Below the pieces are notes generated by a model, which saw only the letters and a list, made by a program, of their open reading frames with translations, searched no databases and was not told the DNA's origin. Shown one piece after another: positions 28,114 to 37,155 of a stretch of 64,000 nucleotides of DNA (position 1 is the first letter of the stretch; each line of letters opens with the position of its first letter). Location of the stretch: positions 310,001 through 374,000 of the IMG/VR virus record IMGVR_UViG_3300024252_000004; one strand, written 5' to 3'. The position numbers and the translations under genes were made by a program.

Positions 28114-29690
28114 TGGAGAAAAAGACGCCGGGGTTTTCATTAGATGATTTAGTTCCATCTGAAGAAGCTGCGTCAGGCATGCACGTTCCTGTAGGGGAGA
28201 TGATGTTTGCAATCCCGAATAAAGCAGATGATGAAGAGATTGAGGAGGAAGGTATGGAAAAGGAAGCCTTAGGCTTGACCAGTATGCCTCAATCTTTATA
28301 TGGCGGCGAAGTTCTTGACCTGCCAGGAAGTCCTCAGCCTTCTGGACTCAGCAGAGAACAGGGCGAGGATGAAGAGACTGAATTTTTTGGAGCTAAAGAG
28401 GAGGGCGTAGATCTTCCTCCAGAACATTACAAAACTCAGAAGAAACAGGGAATCTCAGAAGATGATGAAACAGATGAAGAATTCTTTGACTTCTTATTTA
28501 CTAACAAAAGTCACAACTTCCTGAGAGAGGAATCAAACATGAGACACTTAATTGAGAAATTAGCCGAAGGGTTAGATAAGGTTGGAGAAAAGGACGCAGC
28601 ACTTGTTGCATTGGCACTTACCGACGATAGAATAAACTATTCGGAGTCTGTAAAACCTCCTGCACCTGATAATTCTGCCCCTGATTCGAGAAAAGATGAA
28701 ATCTATAAAAAATTAGTATATGATTTTGGGATGATTACAGATTGGCTTTATCGCCCAGACGGTGAATTTACACCCAACAAATTAGAGAAAATGTGGGAAA
28801 TGCTCAAGCAGCGCAAGCCTGCGCTGAGTGATGACAGAAAAGCGGAATTTATGAGTCTTGCAAAAGAGTGGGGGATGCAAGATCGTTATGGGGAAAGTTC
28901 TGCGGAAGAAGTTTCGACCGGCGAAGGAGTGCTTGCAAAGCCAGCAGAGCAGCCGTCTGGCGGAGTAACTCCGGTAGCTAAGCCAAGATCCGGCTGGGAA
29001 GGTTACTTCGCAAATGGTGGACCAAAAGGCATGAAAGCCGCCTGGGAAGCATGGGTGGCAGCCAACCCTAATCAGGGATATGATGCGTCTTTCTTGTCAT
29101 GGGTTAAGTGGTACAGGAAGCAGGTTACAGATAGAACCATTCCGTCTGGAGGTAATGTAGATGCTGTTCTTAGACTATTAGGAGGGGCTGCTCCCGCAGC
29201 GCCAGCCGCAAAAACAGATGAGGCAGCTAAGCCTGCTGAGGATACTGAGCCACCTATTGCAGAAGAGGGTAAGCCTCCAAGAGAGGCAATGGAAGAATAC
29301 TTCAGAGCTATTTCTTCTAAGACAAGAGAAGCGAGAATCGCAGGTCCGTTAAGACTAAGAAACGCAAGAGTCAGAAGAAGAATCAGAAGACTCGGAGATC
29401 CAGCAGCGGCAGTAGAAGCTGTTCTCTCTTTCAGAGGCGGAGGCGATGTTGAGAAGGGTCTTGCGCTTTATGATAGTTATGATCAGACACAGACACCTGA
29501 AGGAACAGAAGAGCGCGGTGGCAAAACCGTATCAACCTACAAGATGTCTGAGTTCCAAAACAAGGCAGTCAGTGATATCCTTACTCTGAAAGTAAGGGAT
29601 TATAGAGCTGGCAGAGGACGTACCAGAAGAAGCGTGGCTTTTGAGGACAGACAAGATCAGCTTCTAAAGATGGCAGCAGAAAATTCCTAA
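28113..29690 (+). CDS. putative late/virion protein; nested in-frame start at 28539
   Basis: TGATG coupling; acidic N-terminus; internal TACTAAC 28499 + GAGGA + ATG 28539. Confidence 0.8.
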   Translation: MEKKTPGFSLDDLVPSEEAASGMHVPVGEMMFAIPNKADDEEIEEEGMEKEALGLTSMPQSLYGGEVLDLPGSPQPSGLSREQGEDEETEFFGAKEEGVDLPPEHYKTQKKQGISEDDETDEEFFDFLFTNKSHNFLREESNMRHLIEKLAEGLDKVGEKDAALVALALTDDRINYSESVKPPAPDNSAPDSRKDEIYKKLVYDFGMITDWLYRPDGEFTPNKLEKMWEMLKQRKPALSDDRKAEFMSLAKEWGMQDRYGESSAEEVSTGEGVLAKPAEQPSGGVTPVAKPRSGWEGYFANGGPKGMKAAWEAWVAANPNQGYDASFLSWVKWYRKQVTDRTIPSGGNVDAVLRLLGGAAPAAPAAKTDEAAKPAEDTEPPIAEEGKPPREAMEEYFRAISSKTREARIAGPLRLRNARVRRRIRRLGDPAAAVEAVLSFRGGGDVEKGLALYDSYDQTQTPEGTEERGGKTVSTYKMSEFQNKAVSDILTLKVRDYRAGRGRTRRSVAFEDRQDQLLKMAAENS

Positions 29691-29710
29691 GCCAATTTAG
29701 AATGGAGCAG

Positions 29711-29739
29711 AAACAAGGAGGGCTTAGCCTTCCTTGTTT
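29711..29739. terminator. intrinsic terminator
   Basis: AAACAAGGAGGGC/GCCTTCCTTGTTT stem. Confidence 0.8.
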
Positions 29740-29756
29740 GCGTTAGAGCATATTTT

Positions 29757-29782
29757 TCCAAATTTCCCACAGGGTGGTATAA
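29757..29782 (+). promoter_or_regulatory. promoter-like motif B
   Basis: TCCAA-ATTTCCCACAGGGT-GGTATAA just after the terminator. Confidence 0.7.
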
Positions 29783-29856
29783 GGGAGCATGTCCGTAGCT
29801 CTTAGTAGTTGCCTTGTATTCGCTTCGGTACTATTATCGCTCATGGAGGAATTTAC

Positions 29857-30867
29857 ATGTTGTTATCCGCAGATGTTGTAGTGGGGCTCGCTTGGGGCGA
29901 TGAAGCAAAAGGAAAGATCACCTCAGCCTTGGCAGCTACAGGGCAGTACGACGCCGTGGCTCGCTGGGCCGGAGGCAATAACGCAGGCCATACGGTCTAC
30001 GTCAATGGCGAAAAATACAAAACACACCTTGTTCCAAGCGGCGTATTCCACGGAATGCTTTCCATCGTTGGTCCCGGCTGTGTATTGCATCCAGAAGAAT
30101 TTGAAAAAGAATTGGCTTACCTCGCAGGACACGGATTCGATACCTCTCTTGTGAAGGTATCTCCGAATTGCCACATTGTTCAAGACGAGCATATTGAGTT
30201 TGACAAGCAGAACCTTGCAAAGAAGCTTGGCACAACCTCAAAAGGTATTGCACCGAGTTACGCAGCTAAGGCGGCAAGAACAGGTCTTCTTGCCAAAGAC
30301 TATTACGAAGGCAGTGACATCCTATGGGACGGTCAGCTTAGCGGTGTATTATTGTGTGAAGGAGCGCAGGGGGCTTGGTTAGATATTGATCACGGGAATT
30401 ATCCCTATGTGACCTCAAGCATTACACTTGCCTATGGAGCTTGCAGTATAGGCTTCGCACCACAGCTCATTAAGAGCATCTGGGGCGCTGCCAAAATTTA
30501 TGACACAAGAAGCGGAGAAGATCCTATTTTTCCTGCGTCACTACTTGATGACCCTATGCTGTCAAAGGTTGGGGAAATTGGGGCCGAATATGGTGTGACC
30601 ACAGGGCGCAGAAGAAAGGTAAATTGGCTTGATGTTGATATGCTGATTAAGTCTATCAATTTGACTGGATGCACACACGTTGTTGTTAGCAAATGTGATG
30701 TATTGGAAGAGGCCGGAGTTTACAGGATGTATTGTAGAGGGATTCAGAACGAGCTTTCTGAGTTCGAAAGCATTACCGATATGACCGGAGTGCTGGAGAC
30801 TCTTCTTAGAAAGAATTGTTCCCTTCTCAAGAGAGTGATCTTTTCCTCTTCACCGGAGAATATATGA
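29857..30867 (+). CDS. purA: adenylosuccinate synthetase (short form)
   Basis: GLAWGDEAKGK, GGNNAGHT, EGAQG, YPYVTSS, GVTTGRRR; GGAGG RBS. Confidence 0.95.
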   Translation: MLLSADVVVGLAWGDEAKGKITSALAATGQYDAVARWAGGNNAGHTVYVNGEKYKTHLVPSGVFHGMLSIVGPGCVLHPEEFEKELAYLAGHGFDTSLVKVSPNCHIVQDEHIEFDKQNLAKKLGTTSKGIAPSYAAKAARTGLLAKDYYEGSDILWDGQLSGVLLCEGAQGAWLDIDHGNYPYVTSSITLAYGACSIGFAPQLIKSIWGAAKIYDTRSGEDPIFPASLLDDPMLSKVGEIGAEYGVTTGRRRKVNWLDVDMLIKSINLTGCTHVVVSKCDVLEEAGVYRMYCRGIQNELSEFESITDMTGVLETLLRKNCSLLKRVIFSSSPENI

Positions 30868-31700
30868 GTAAAAGAAGTATGTTGATATATCATGCCAATT
30901 GCCCTGACGGCTTTGGCGCGGCATATGCATTTTGGAAAAAATACGGATATGGTATTGATTACTGTGCAGTAAAGCATGGTGATCCGATACCGGATGATAT
31001 TGACGACAGAGATATCTGGATAGTAGATTTCTGTTTTAAGTTTCCAGAAATGGATGAAGTGATTGAAAGAGCTAAGAGCGTGGTCGTTATCGATCACCAC
31101 ATTACGGCTATGGAATCGATGGAGGGCGTTACTCGTCCGAATCTTGAAACCATATTTAAAATGGATAACTCAGGCGCGGTGTTGGCATGGAAATACCTTT
31201 TCCCTGACGAAGACGTTCCAAAGATTCTTCAGTACATTGAAGATAGAGATATTCATAAGTGGGAGCTAGAGGGTGCCGAAGCACTTTTGGCTAATCTTGA
31301 TTCTAATGAAAAGAATCTTGAAATCTGGGATGATTTTGCTCAAGACATTGAGACCTCAAGAGGTTTGATGAATCAGATTAAGGGCGGAAGAATTCTTCTT
31401 GATTACAAAAAGGAGATCAGTGATTCCATTAAGAGAGGCATGTATTACATGACTATCCGAGGAATTGAGTTCCCTGTCATTAACACCGCAGTGATATTCC
31501 GTGGAGACATCCTTTCGGAGATTGCTGATAGTACAGATTTTGGCGTAGCGGCTGCTTATAATTTTGACGGAAAGCATTATGTCTTCTCGTTAAGGTCGAG
31601 AGGCGAAGTCGATGTTGCTAAGATTGCGGAATCGTTCCCCGGTGGTGGCGGGCACAAAGGAGCCGCAGGGTTTTCGGTCCTTACTATGGAGGACCTTTAG
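30864..31700 (+). CDS. DHH/DHHA1 phosphoesterase
   Basis: YHANCPDGF, VDF, IDHH, FSLRS, GGGHKGAAGF. Confidence 0.92.
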   Translation: MSKRSMLIYHANCPDGFGAAYAFWKKYGYGIDYCAVKHGDPIPDDIDDRDIWIVDFCFKFPEMDEVIERAKSVVVIDHHITAMESMEGVTRPNLETIFKMDNSGAVLAWKYLFPDEDVPKILQYIEDRDIHKWELEGAEALLANLDSNEKNLEIWDDFAQDIETSRGLMNQIKGGRILLDYKKEISDSIKRGMYYMTIRGIEFPVINTAVIFRGDILSEIADSTDFGVAAAYNFDGKHYVFSLRSRGEVDVAKIAESFPGGGGHKGAAGFSVLTMEDL

Positions 31701-31734
31701 CTCTTCACAATACCCGGAGTGAAAAATTTAATAT

Positions 31735-32481
31735 ATGGAGATAAACAAGAGAACACCTCAAAGTATTCTTGAAGAGTTAGCGAATTACAAAGATGCGACA
31801 ATGTGGAATTTTATCAAATGCTTTTCTAAATTATCCCTTGGCAAAGAGGAGATAAGAAGTTGCTATACAACTTATTACCACATTGGCGGAGAAGAGAATA
31901 ATTCGTTAAGTTTTCGAAAAATCATTGAGAAGATGGGGCCAGGGTCAGGAGGAAGTTTTATTAAACTTTGTTTCACAGTTTACCCTGAGTTATTAGACGA
32001 GGTTTTTAGCGACGATCTTGATGACGGAATTATTGGGGCATACGGAATTAATTGGATCCGACTGCTGCTCGCGCAAAGTGGTTATGTCAGAACGATAAAT
32101 ATATACGATAAGTTGACTGACAGTTCTGACCCATACCTTTATCTGTTCGCGTTGGAGGTATGTTCGATTGATAAATTAAAAGAACATAAAAGTCACGAGT
32201 CAAAGAAGGCACGAAAAATTGTGTTCAGTAGACTTGGTCCTGTGGAATGTTTGAACGATATGCTTCAGGACGGTACGAAAGATATACGGGCGCTCGGGGT
32301 CAGATTCGCCCCGATGCATTGCGAAATGTTTAACGAAATGAGTGAGGAGGCGGCTTTACAAATTTGCAACAATTTGCTAAAAAAAGGTGATGACGAACTA
32401 ATCGTCATGTTAATGGGAAACAAAAACAACAAGAGCAATGCCTTTTCTGGTTTGCTTAATTTTAGAATAGAAGAGATGTAA
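31735..32481 (+). CDS. hypothetical helical-repeat protein
   Basis: 248-aa ORF. Confidence 0.7.
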   Translation: MEINKRTPQSILEELANYKDATMWNFIKCFSKLSLGKEEIRSCYTTYYHIGGEENNSLSFRKIIEKMGPGSGGSFIKLCFTVYPELLDEVFSDDLDDGIIGAYGINWIRLLLAQSGYVRTINIYDKLTDSSDPYLYLFALEVCSIDKLKEHKSHESKKARKIVFSRLGPVECLNDMLQDGTKDIRALGVRFAPMHCEMFNEMSEEAALQICNNLLKKGDDELIVMLMGNKNNKSNAFSGLLNFRIEEM

Positions 32482-32483
32482 TT

Positions 32484-32669
32484 ATGGCATACGACAAATC
32501 ACATTACGGTCCGAAACTCAAAGTCAAAGTCACCAATAGTATTGGTGGCAGAGTAGATTATCACGAAGGTCTTACTAAATTTGATATTGATTGGATTAAA
32601 TCTAATCCCAACCTCCAAGTAGAGGTTCTCGAAGTAAGAAATGGAAGACGTAGGCAGCTTAAGAGATGA
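32484..32669 (+). CDS. small hypothetical protein
   Basis: Operon packing. Confidence 0.6.
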   Translation: MAYDKSHYGPKLKVKVTNSIGGRVDYHEGLTKFDIDWIKSNPNLQVEVLEVRNGRRRQLKR

Positions 32670-33253
32670 ACAAAGGGAGAGTTATATTTGTGCTCTCCCT
32701 TCTTGTTACGTTTCTGGTGGGGTTCAAAACAATGACTCCAGCTTATAACAAACTATCAGATGTGTCGTTTACTGTTCACGATGTGTGGGCCAATACAAGT
32801 GTTCCATTGGGAACGAGGTACATATATCATGGGCAGGATTCGGCGCTTTCTGATAAAGAAGTTGAGAGGGTGATTAAGAAGACGGAAATAGCTATCCAAC
32901 ATTACTCCAAAGAAAAGGGCTATCCAATGGAGCAATGCAGAACAATCGACACCTTAGAGATTTATTATGTGAGGCAGGATGAGTTGAACAAAAGAGGAAG
33001 ATTTCCTATTTTTATGAATGAAAACCTTAGCCCCAATGATGTTGTGTGGGGAGTTTACGATCCTGTAAGCCAAAGCCCTCATTACGCTGTTTTGATGATA
33101 TCGAATCCAGGCGGAACCAAGACTGAAGAGACTCAAGCGCATGAGTTGTATCACTATTGGTATGACAGATTTTGTTGGGAGCGGCATCACCCTGGAGATC
33201 CAGAGTCTGCTGCCCTTGAATTTGAAACCTTTTATGAATTAAACTATATGTGA
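32666..33253 (+). CDS. exported/membrane-anchored zinc metallopeptidase-like protein
   Basis: N-terminal hydrophobic helix; AHELYH (HExxH) with downstream ESAA. Confidence 0.6.
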   Translation: MNKGRVIFVLSLLVTFLVGFKTMTPAYNKLSDVSFTVHDVWANTSVPLGTRYIYHGQDSALSDKEVERVIKKTEIAIQHYSKEKGYPMEQCRTIDTLEIYYVRQDELNKRGRFPIFMNENLSPNDVVWGVYDPVSQSPHYAVLMISNPGGTKTEETQAHELYHYWYDRFCWERHHPGDPESAALEFETFYELNYM

Positions 33254-33259
33254 GTTAAG

Positions 33260-34303
33260 ATGAAATTAAGAAGAGCTTTAGCATTTGATGACGTGCTTCT
33301 TGTTCCAAGAAAATCAGAGATACCTTCCAGGCTTGCCGTTGATCCTTCAGTAGACGTTGGTGGAATCAAATTAGGCATTCCCCTTATTTCCTCTCCAATG
33401 GATACTGTAACAGAAGGACTTATGGCAAAACAACTTGGGCTGCTTGGCGGTCTGGGGATAATTCATAGGTACTGTTCTGTTAGTGAACAAATTGCTCACT
33501 TAAGAATACCAATTGCTGCCGGAGTATATGGAGGCTTTGCAATCGGAGTTGGAGCAGAAGCGGAAGAAAGATTCTCCATGATTCTGGAAGAATATGGCAG
33601 CAGCCTTGATGTTGTATGCATTGACATTGCGAATGGCCATAGCACGCTTATGGAGAGGACCATTAAGAAAGTTAGAGATATGGCTCCAGATATTTCAATC
33701 ATGGCAGGAAATGTTGCTACCAGAGACGGATACAGGTTTCTCGCAGATCTCGGAGTAAATTCTGTCAGGGTAGGTATCGGCGGAGGAAGCATCTGCAAAA
33801 CGCGAATTCAGACAGGGTTCGGCGTTCCTACATTTTCTTCTCTTCTTTGGGCCGCAGACGCTAAAGAGTCTGGTAAATACGAGGCGTCCATCATTGCAGA
33901 TGGAGGCATTAGGCACCCCGGAGATTTAGCTAAAAGCATTGCGGCCGGCGCAGATGCTGTTATCTGTGGTAGCATCTTTGCTGGGAGCAAAGAAGCCCCT
34001 GGTGATGTAATCACATGGACAGATGGCATTGCCTATAAGAAATACAGGGGAATGGCATCGGAAGAGATTCAGGTAGAGAAGAGGGGCGGAATGAAGCCGG
34101 GAACCTGCGCAGAAGGAACGTCTACTCTTGTTAGATATGAAGGCTCCATGAAGAGAGTCACTGAGGAGTTTGAGGGCGGAATTAGGTCCGCCTTAACTTA
34201 CAACGGTTCTTGGGATATTCCACATTTCCAGGTGACCGCAGAATTTATTGAGATTACAGATTCTGGATTAAGAGAGTCTCACTCTCACGGAACAAGGAAA
34301 TAA
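33260..34303 (+). CDS. IMP dehydrogenase/GMP reductase family (no CBS domains)
   Basis: FDDVLLVP, SSPMDTVT, DIANGHS, GIGGGSICKTR, IADGGI, YRGMAS; guaB versus guaC not resolved. Confidence 0.93.
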   Translation: MKLRRALAFDDVLLVPRKSEIPSRLAVDPSVDVGGIKLGIPLISSPMDTVTEGLMAKQLGLLGGLGIIHRYCSVSEQIAHLRIPIAAGVYGGFAIGVGAEAEERFSMILEEYGSSLDVVCIDIANGHSTLMERTIKKVRDMAPDISIMAGNVATRDGYRFLADLGVNSVRVGIGGGSICKTRIQTGFGVPTFSSLLWAADAKESGKYEASIIADGGIRHPGDLAKSIAAGADAVICGSIFAGSKEAPGDVITWTDGIAYKKYRGMASEEIQVEKRGGMKPGTCAEGTSTLVRYEGSMKRVTEEFEGGIRSALTYNGSWDIPHFQVTAEFIEITDSGLRESHSHGTRK

Positions 34304-34304
34304 T

Positions 34305-34634
34305 ATGAGCGAAGATAAAAAGTTACCATCAGTAGAAGAGGTGCTGGAAGAGTTTAGAGTTCTTAAGGGAAGGATTGGAGGTATTCAGAAATATCTGGCA
34401 GGGCTCCATGCTGAGGAAGAAGGCAGGGCTGGCAGTGTCGAGTCAGAGGAGCCTGAGGAGACTTATATTACATATAGTAGAGCCGAAGAGGTGCTCCACA
34501 TAACCCAAATGATTACAGAACAGTTAAAAATTATGCACAACTTCTCTGATCACGAAATACAAATGGATGTTTCAAAAACTTCCGCCCGAGTGATCAAGGT
34601 ACACAGCCGAATCTTAGACCACCTAGAGAAATAA
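34305..34634 (+). CDS. hypothetical protein
   Basis: AAGGA RBS. Confidence 0.65.
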   Translation: MSEDKKLPSVEEVLEEFRVLKGRIGGIQKYLAGLHAEEEGRAGSVESEEPEETYITYSRAEEVLHITQMITEQLKIMHNFSDHEIQMDVSKTSARVIKVHSRILDHLEK

Positions 34635-34638
34635 TTTT

Positions 34639-34664
34639 TCTAAGCTACTCGTAGGAGGTTATAG
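34639..34664 (+). promoter_or_regulatory. promoter-like motif B
   Basis: TCTAA-GCTACTCGTAGGAG-GTTATAG. Confidence 0.65.
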
Positions 34665-34721
34665 GAGGTCGTGCAGGAAATGCGTCTTCATCCCCCTACT
34701 CACAAAGGAGTTATATAGCTT

Positions 34722-35795
34722 ATGGCAACAATTAAAAGTACACTTGATTCATTACTATCTATGCCGAATGACCAGTCGATTCTGATTATCTCGCCGCACG
34801 GAATGGGCAAGTCAAGCTTAGTTAAACAGGCATCTAAAATGTTAGGTGCTGAATTTCATGATGTTAGACTTTCTCAGTGTGAGGTTGGAGACATCAAAGG
34901 TCTGCCATTCCTAAATGAGGAAACACGGACTACGGAGTTCTTCAAACCACGTTGGTGGCCAAGAGATATGAGTAGCTCTGGCTACCTATTTTTCGATGAG
35001 CTTAACCGAGCTAACAATGAGGTGCAGCAGGCTGTTTTCGAGATCGTTCTTGATAGAAGGCTTGATGGAGATTATCTTCCTGACGGATGGAGAGTTGTTG
35101 TTGCAATCAACGGCGACGAAAGATATCAGGTCAGCGAGCTTGATCCAGCCCTTTTTGACAGATTCTATATCGTTGATTTCCATCCGGAAGTAAACGAGTG
35201 GCTTGACTGGGCAGAGGAAGCCGGCATTCACGGCTCTATCCTACAGTTCATTCAGTCTAGCCCAGAGTATCTTGACCCTCCAAAGGATCTGAAGCAGGGT
35301 ATGGTATATCCTTCTCGTAGAAGTTGGGATAAGTTTAATCAGGCTATGACTCATCTTGGTCTTTGGGAGTCAAAGGATCCTGGCAAAATCACAGAGTTGT
35401 GTCTTGGTTGGATTGGCAGAGCGGCAGGAATTAGATTTACCGAATTCTATCTCAAGGATTTCAAGCTTATCAGCGGTGATGACATTCTGAATAAATTTGA
35501 TGAGATCAGAGAGGATCTTGACAGAATGAAGGGTGACCCTTCGGCTATGGCGACAATTGCGAGAGGTCTTGGTAGAGCTATCTCTACTATGGACAAGGAC
35601 ATTCTGCCTGAGCAGTTGGAGAACCTGAAGAAGGCTCTGAGAATACTTCCGAGAGAGATTGCGTCATCCGTATGGATGGAAGCTGGTCGATCAAAGTCAA
35701 TTAGAAAGCATCTTTCTCAGATGAGGAAAACCGATCCTGATTTCGTGAAATTTGTAACAAAGCTTTATGCGACCAACAGAAAAAAGGATGCGTAA
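34722..35795 (+). CDS. MoxR-like AAA+ ATPase
   Basis: PHGMGKS, LFFDELNRA, LDPALFDRF, PSRRSW. Confidence 0.9.
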   Translation: MATIKSTLDSLLSMPNDQSILIISPHGMGKSSLVKQASKMLGAEFHDVRLSQCEVGDIKGLPFLNEETRTTEFFKPRWWPRDMSSSGYLFFDELNRANNEVQQAVFEIVLDRRLDGDYLPDGWRVVVAINGDERYQVSELDPALFDRFYIVDFHPEVNEWLDWAEEAGIHGSILQFIQSSPEYLDPPKDLKQGMVYPSRRSWDKFNQAMTHLGLWESKDPGKITELCLGWIGRAAGIRFTEFYLKDFKLISGDDILNKFDEIREDLDRMKGDPSAMATIARGLGRAISTMDKDILPEQLENLKKALRILPREIASSVWMEAGRSKSIRKHLSQMRKTDPDFVKFVTKLYATNRKKDA

Positions 35796-37070
35796 ATGAG
35801 TGAAATGGAAAAGACAGAGCTGGAAGAAAACGAAGAGAAGGTAAGGCTTCAAAAGGAGTTGCTTGCGGCAAGAAGGGTTATGTCCCGAGAGGGGCTTGAG
35901 AGACTTGAAATTGGAATCTCAAGATTAACTTTATCTTTTCCACTCTTTTACATTCCCCTCATTAACCTTAGAAAGGTTGAGTCATGGAACATTCCAACGA
36001 TGGGTGTTGGTCCGGTCAATAAGATTGAACTCGGACTATACTATAACCCCGAGTTTACGCTTAGTCTAAATCCTATTGAGTTGCGAGCAGTATTACAGCA
36101 TGAAGCCATGCACATTCTGCTTCAGCACCTTACCAGAGGTAGAGACTTCGGTTCCAATTTCAAGATGTATAACATTGCGGCTGATTTGACCATCAATCCC
36201 AAGCTCGAAGGTATTCCGAGTTGGGCTTATTTCCCCGAAAAGGAAGGTCTTCCTTCGAATGAATCGGCAGAACTTTACTACAAGCTCCTAAAAGAGCGAC
36301 GTGAAGAGATGACGAAGAGAATGAAGAAGCAGATGGAGGGTATGACTGACGAACAAATCGCTGATGCATTCTTTAAGTCCCTTGAGGGAGAGGCACTTGA
36401 CGACCACTCTATGTGGGAAGATATGACTCAGACTCAGAAGGATATCATCAAAGAGAAGATTCGTAACTTATCAGAAGAGGCTATGAGGGCGCAGGATGCT
36501 GTCGGTTGGGGAAAGGTTCCGGGGAATTTGCATGAAGAGATTATGGCGGCGAATAAGCCGTTAGTAAATTGGAAAAGAGAGCTTAAGTTCTTTATTGGGC
36601 AGGTTGTCTCATGCGGGAGGAAGAGTACAAGGCTGCGTCCCAACAGGCGCTACAAGTATCTCCAGCCTGGAACGAAAAGGAGTTATACCAGTAAGCTTCT
36701 AATCGCATTGGATTGCTCCGGCTCAGTATCTGATAAAGAGCTTCAGATGTTTATTGATGAAGTGACGGGAATGGTAGGTAAGGTTCAGGTTGATGTAATT
36801 CCATTCGATGCGGTATGTCATGGAGAACCTCAGAAATTCACAAGGAAAAATGCCAGCATCAAAGTGCATGGCAGAGGCGGAACCGATTTCGGTCCCCCTA
36901 TCAGAATGGCTGATGATCTTAAGTATGATGGACTAATCGTAATGACAGATGGAGAGTGCAGTTTCCCTGTCGCTCCACGCTGTAGAATGATGTGGGTTCT
37001 GTCGCGCAATTCGTCATGGGCTGACCCGCCCCCTTACGGAAGGGTTATACAGCTTAATGAATTAGGTTGA
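35796..37070 (+). CDS. DUF2201-type metallopeptidase + VWA domain protein
   Basis: QHEAMH, NIAADL.IN, DCSGS MIDAS, GRGGTDF, MTDG. Confidence 0.88.
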   Translation: MSEMEKTELEENEEKVRLQKELLAARRVMSREGLERLEIGISRLTLSFPLFYIPLINLRKVESWNIPTMGVGPVNKIELGLYYNPEFTLSLNPIELRAVLQHEAMHILLQHLTRGRDFGSNFKMYNIAADLTINPKLEGIPSWAYFPEKEGLPSNESAELYYKLLKERREEMTKRMKKQMEGMTDEQIADAFFKSLEGEALDDHSMWEDMTQTQKDIIKEKIRNLSEEAMRAQDAVGWGKVPGNLHEEIMAANKPLVNWKRELKFFIGQVVSCGRKSTRLRPNRRYKYLQPGTKRSYTSKLLIALDCSGSVSDKELQMFIDEVTGMVGKVQVDVIPFDAVCHGEPQKFTRKNASIKVHGRGGTDFGPPIRMADDLKYDGLIVMTDGECSFPVAPRCRMMWVLSRNSSWADPPPYGRVIQLNELG

Positions 37071-37074
37071 GTAC

Positions 37075-37108
37075 AAAGGGGTAGAGACTTCCGGGTCTCT
37101 ACCCCTTT
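37075..37108. terminator. intrinsic terminator
   Basis: AAAGGGGTAGAGAC/GTCTCTACCCCTTT 14-bp stem. Confidence 0.85.
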
Positions 37109-37155
37109 CCCCGCTTGAGGGCGGGGTGAAAAACAATACATTTACGGAGTGAAAA

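Noticed and set aside
29857-30867. PurZ / 2-aminoadenine (Z) genome pathway, with the HD protein at 60331 as DatZ
   Set aside because: The P-loop keeps the PurA catalytic Asp (WGDEAKGK), whereas PurZ has Ser (GSTGKG). The HD protein looks like the common YfbR/YfdR type.
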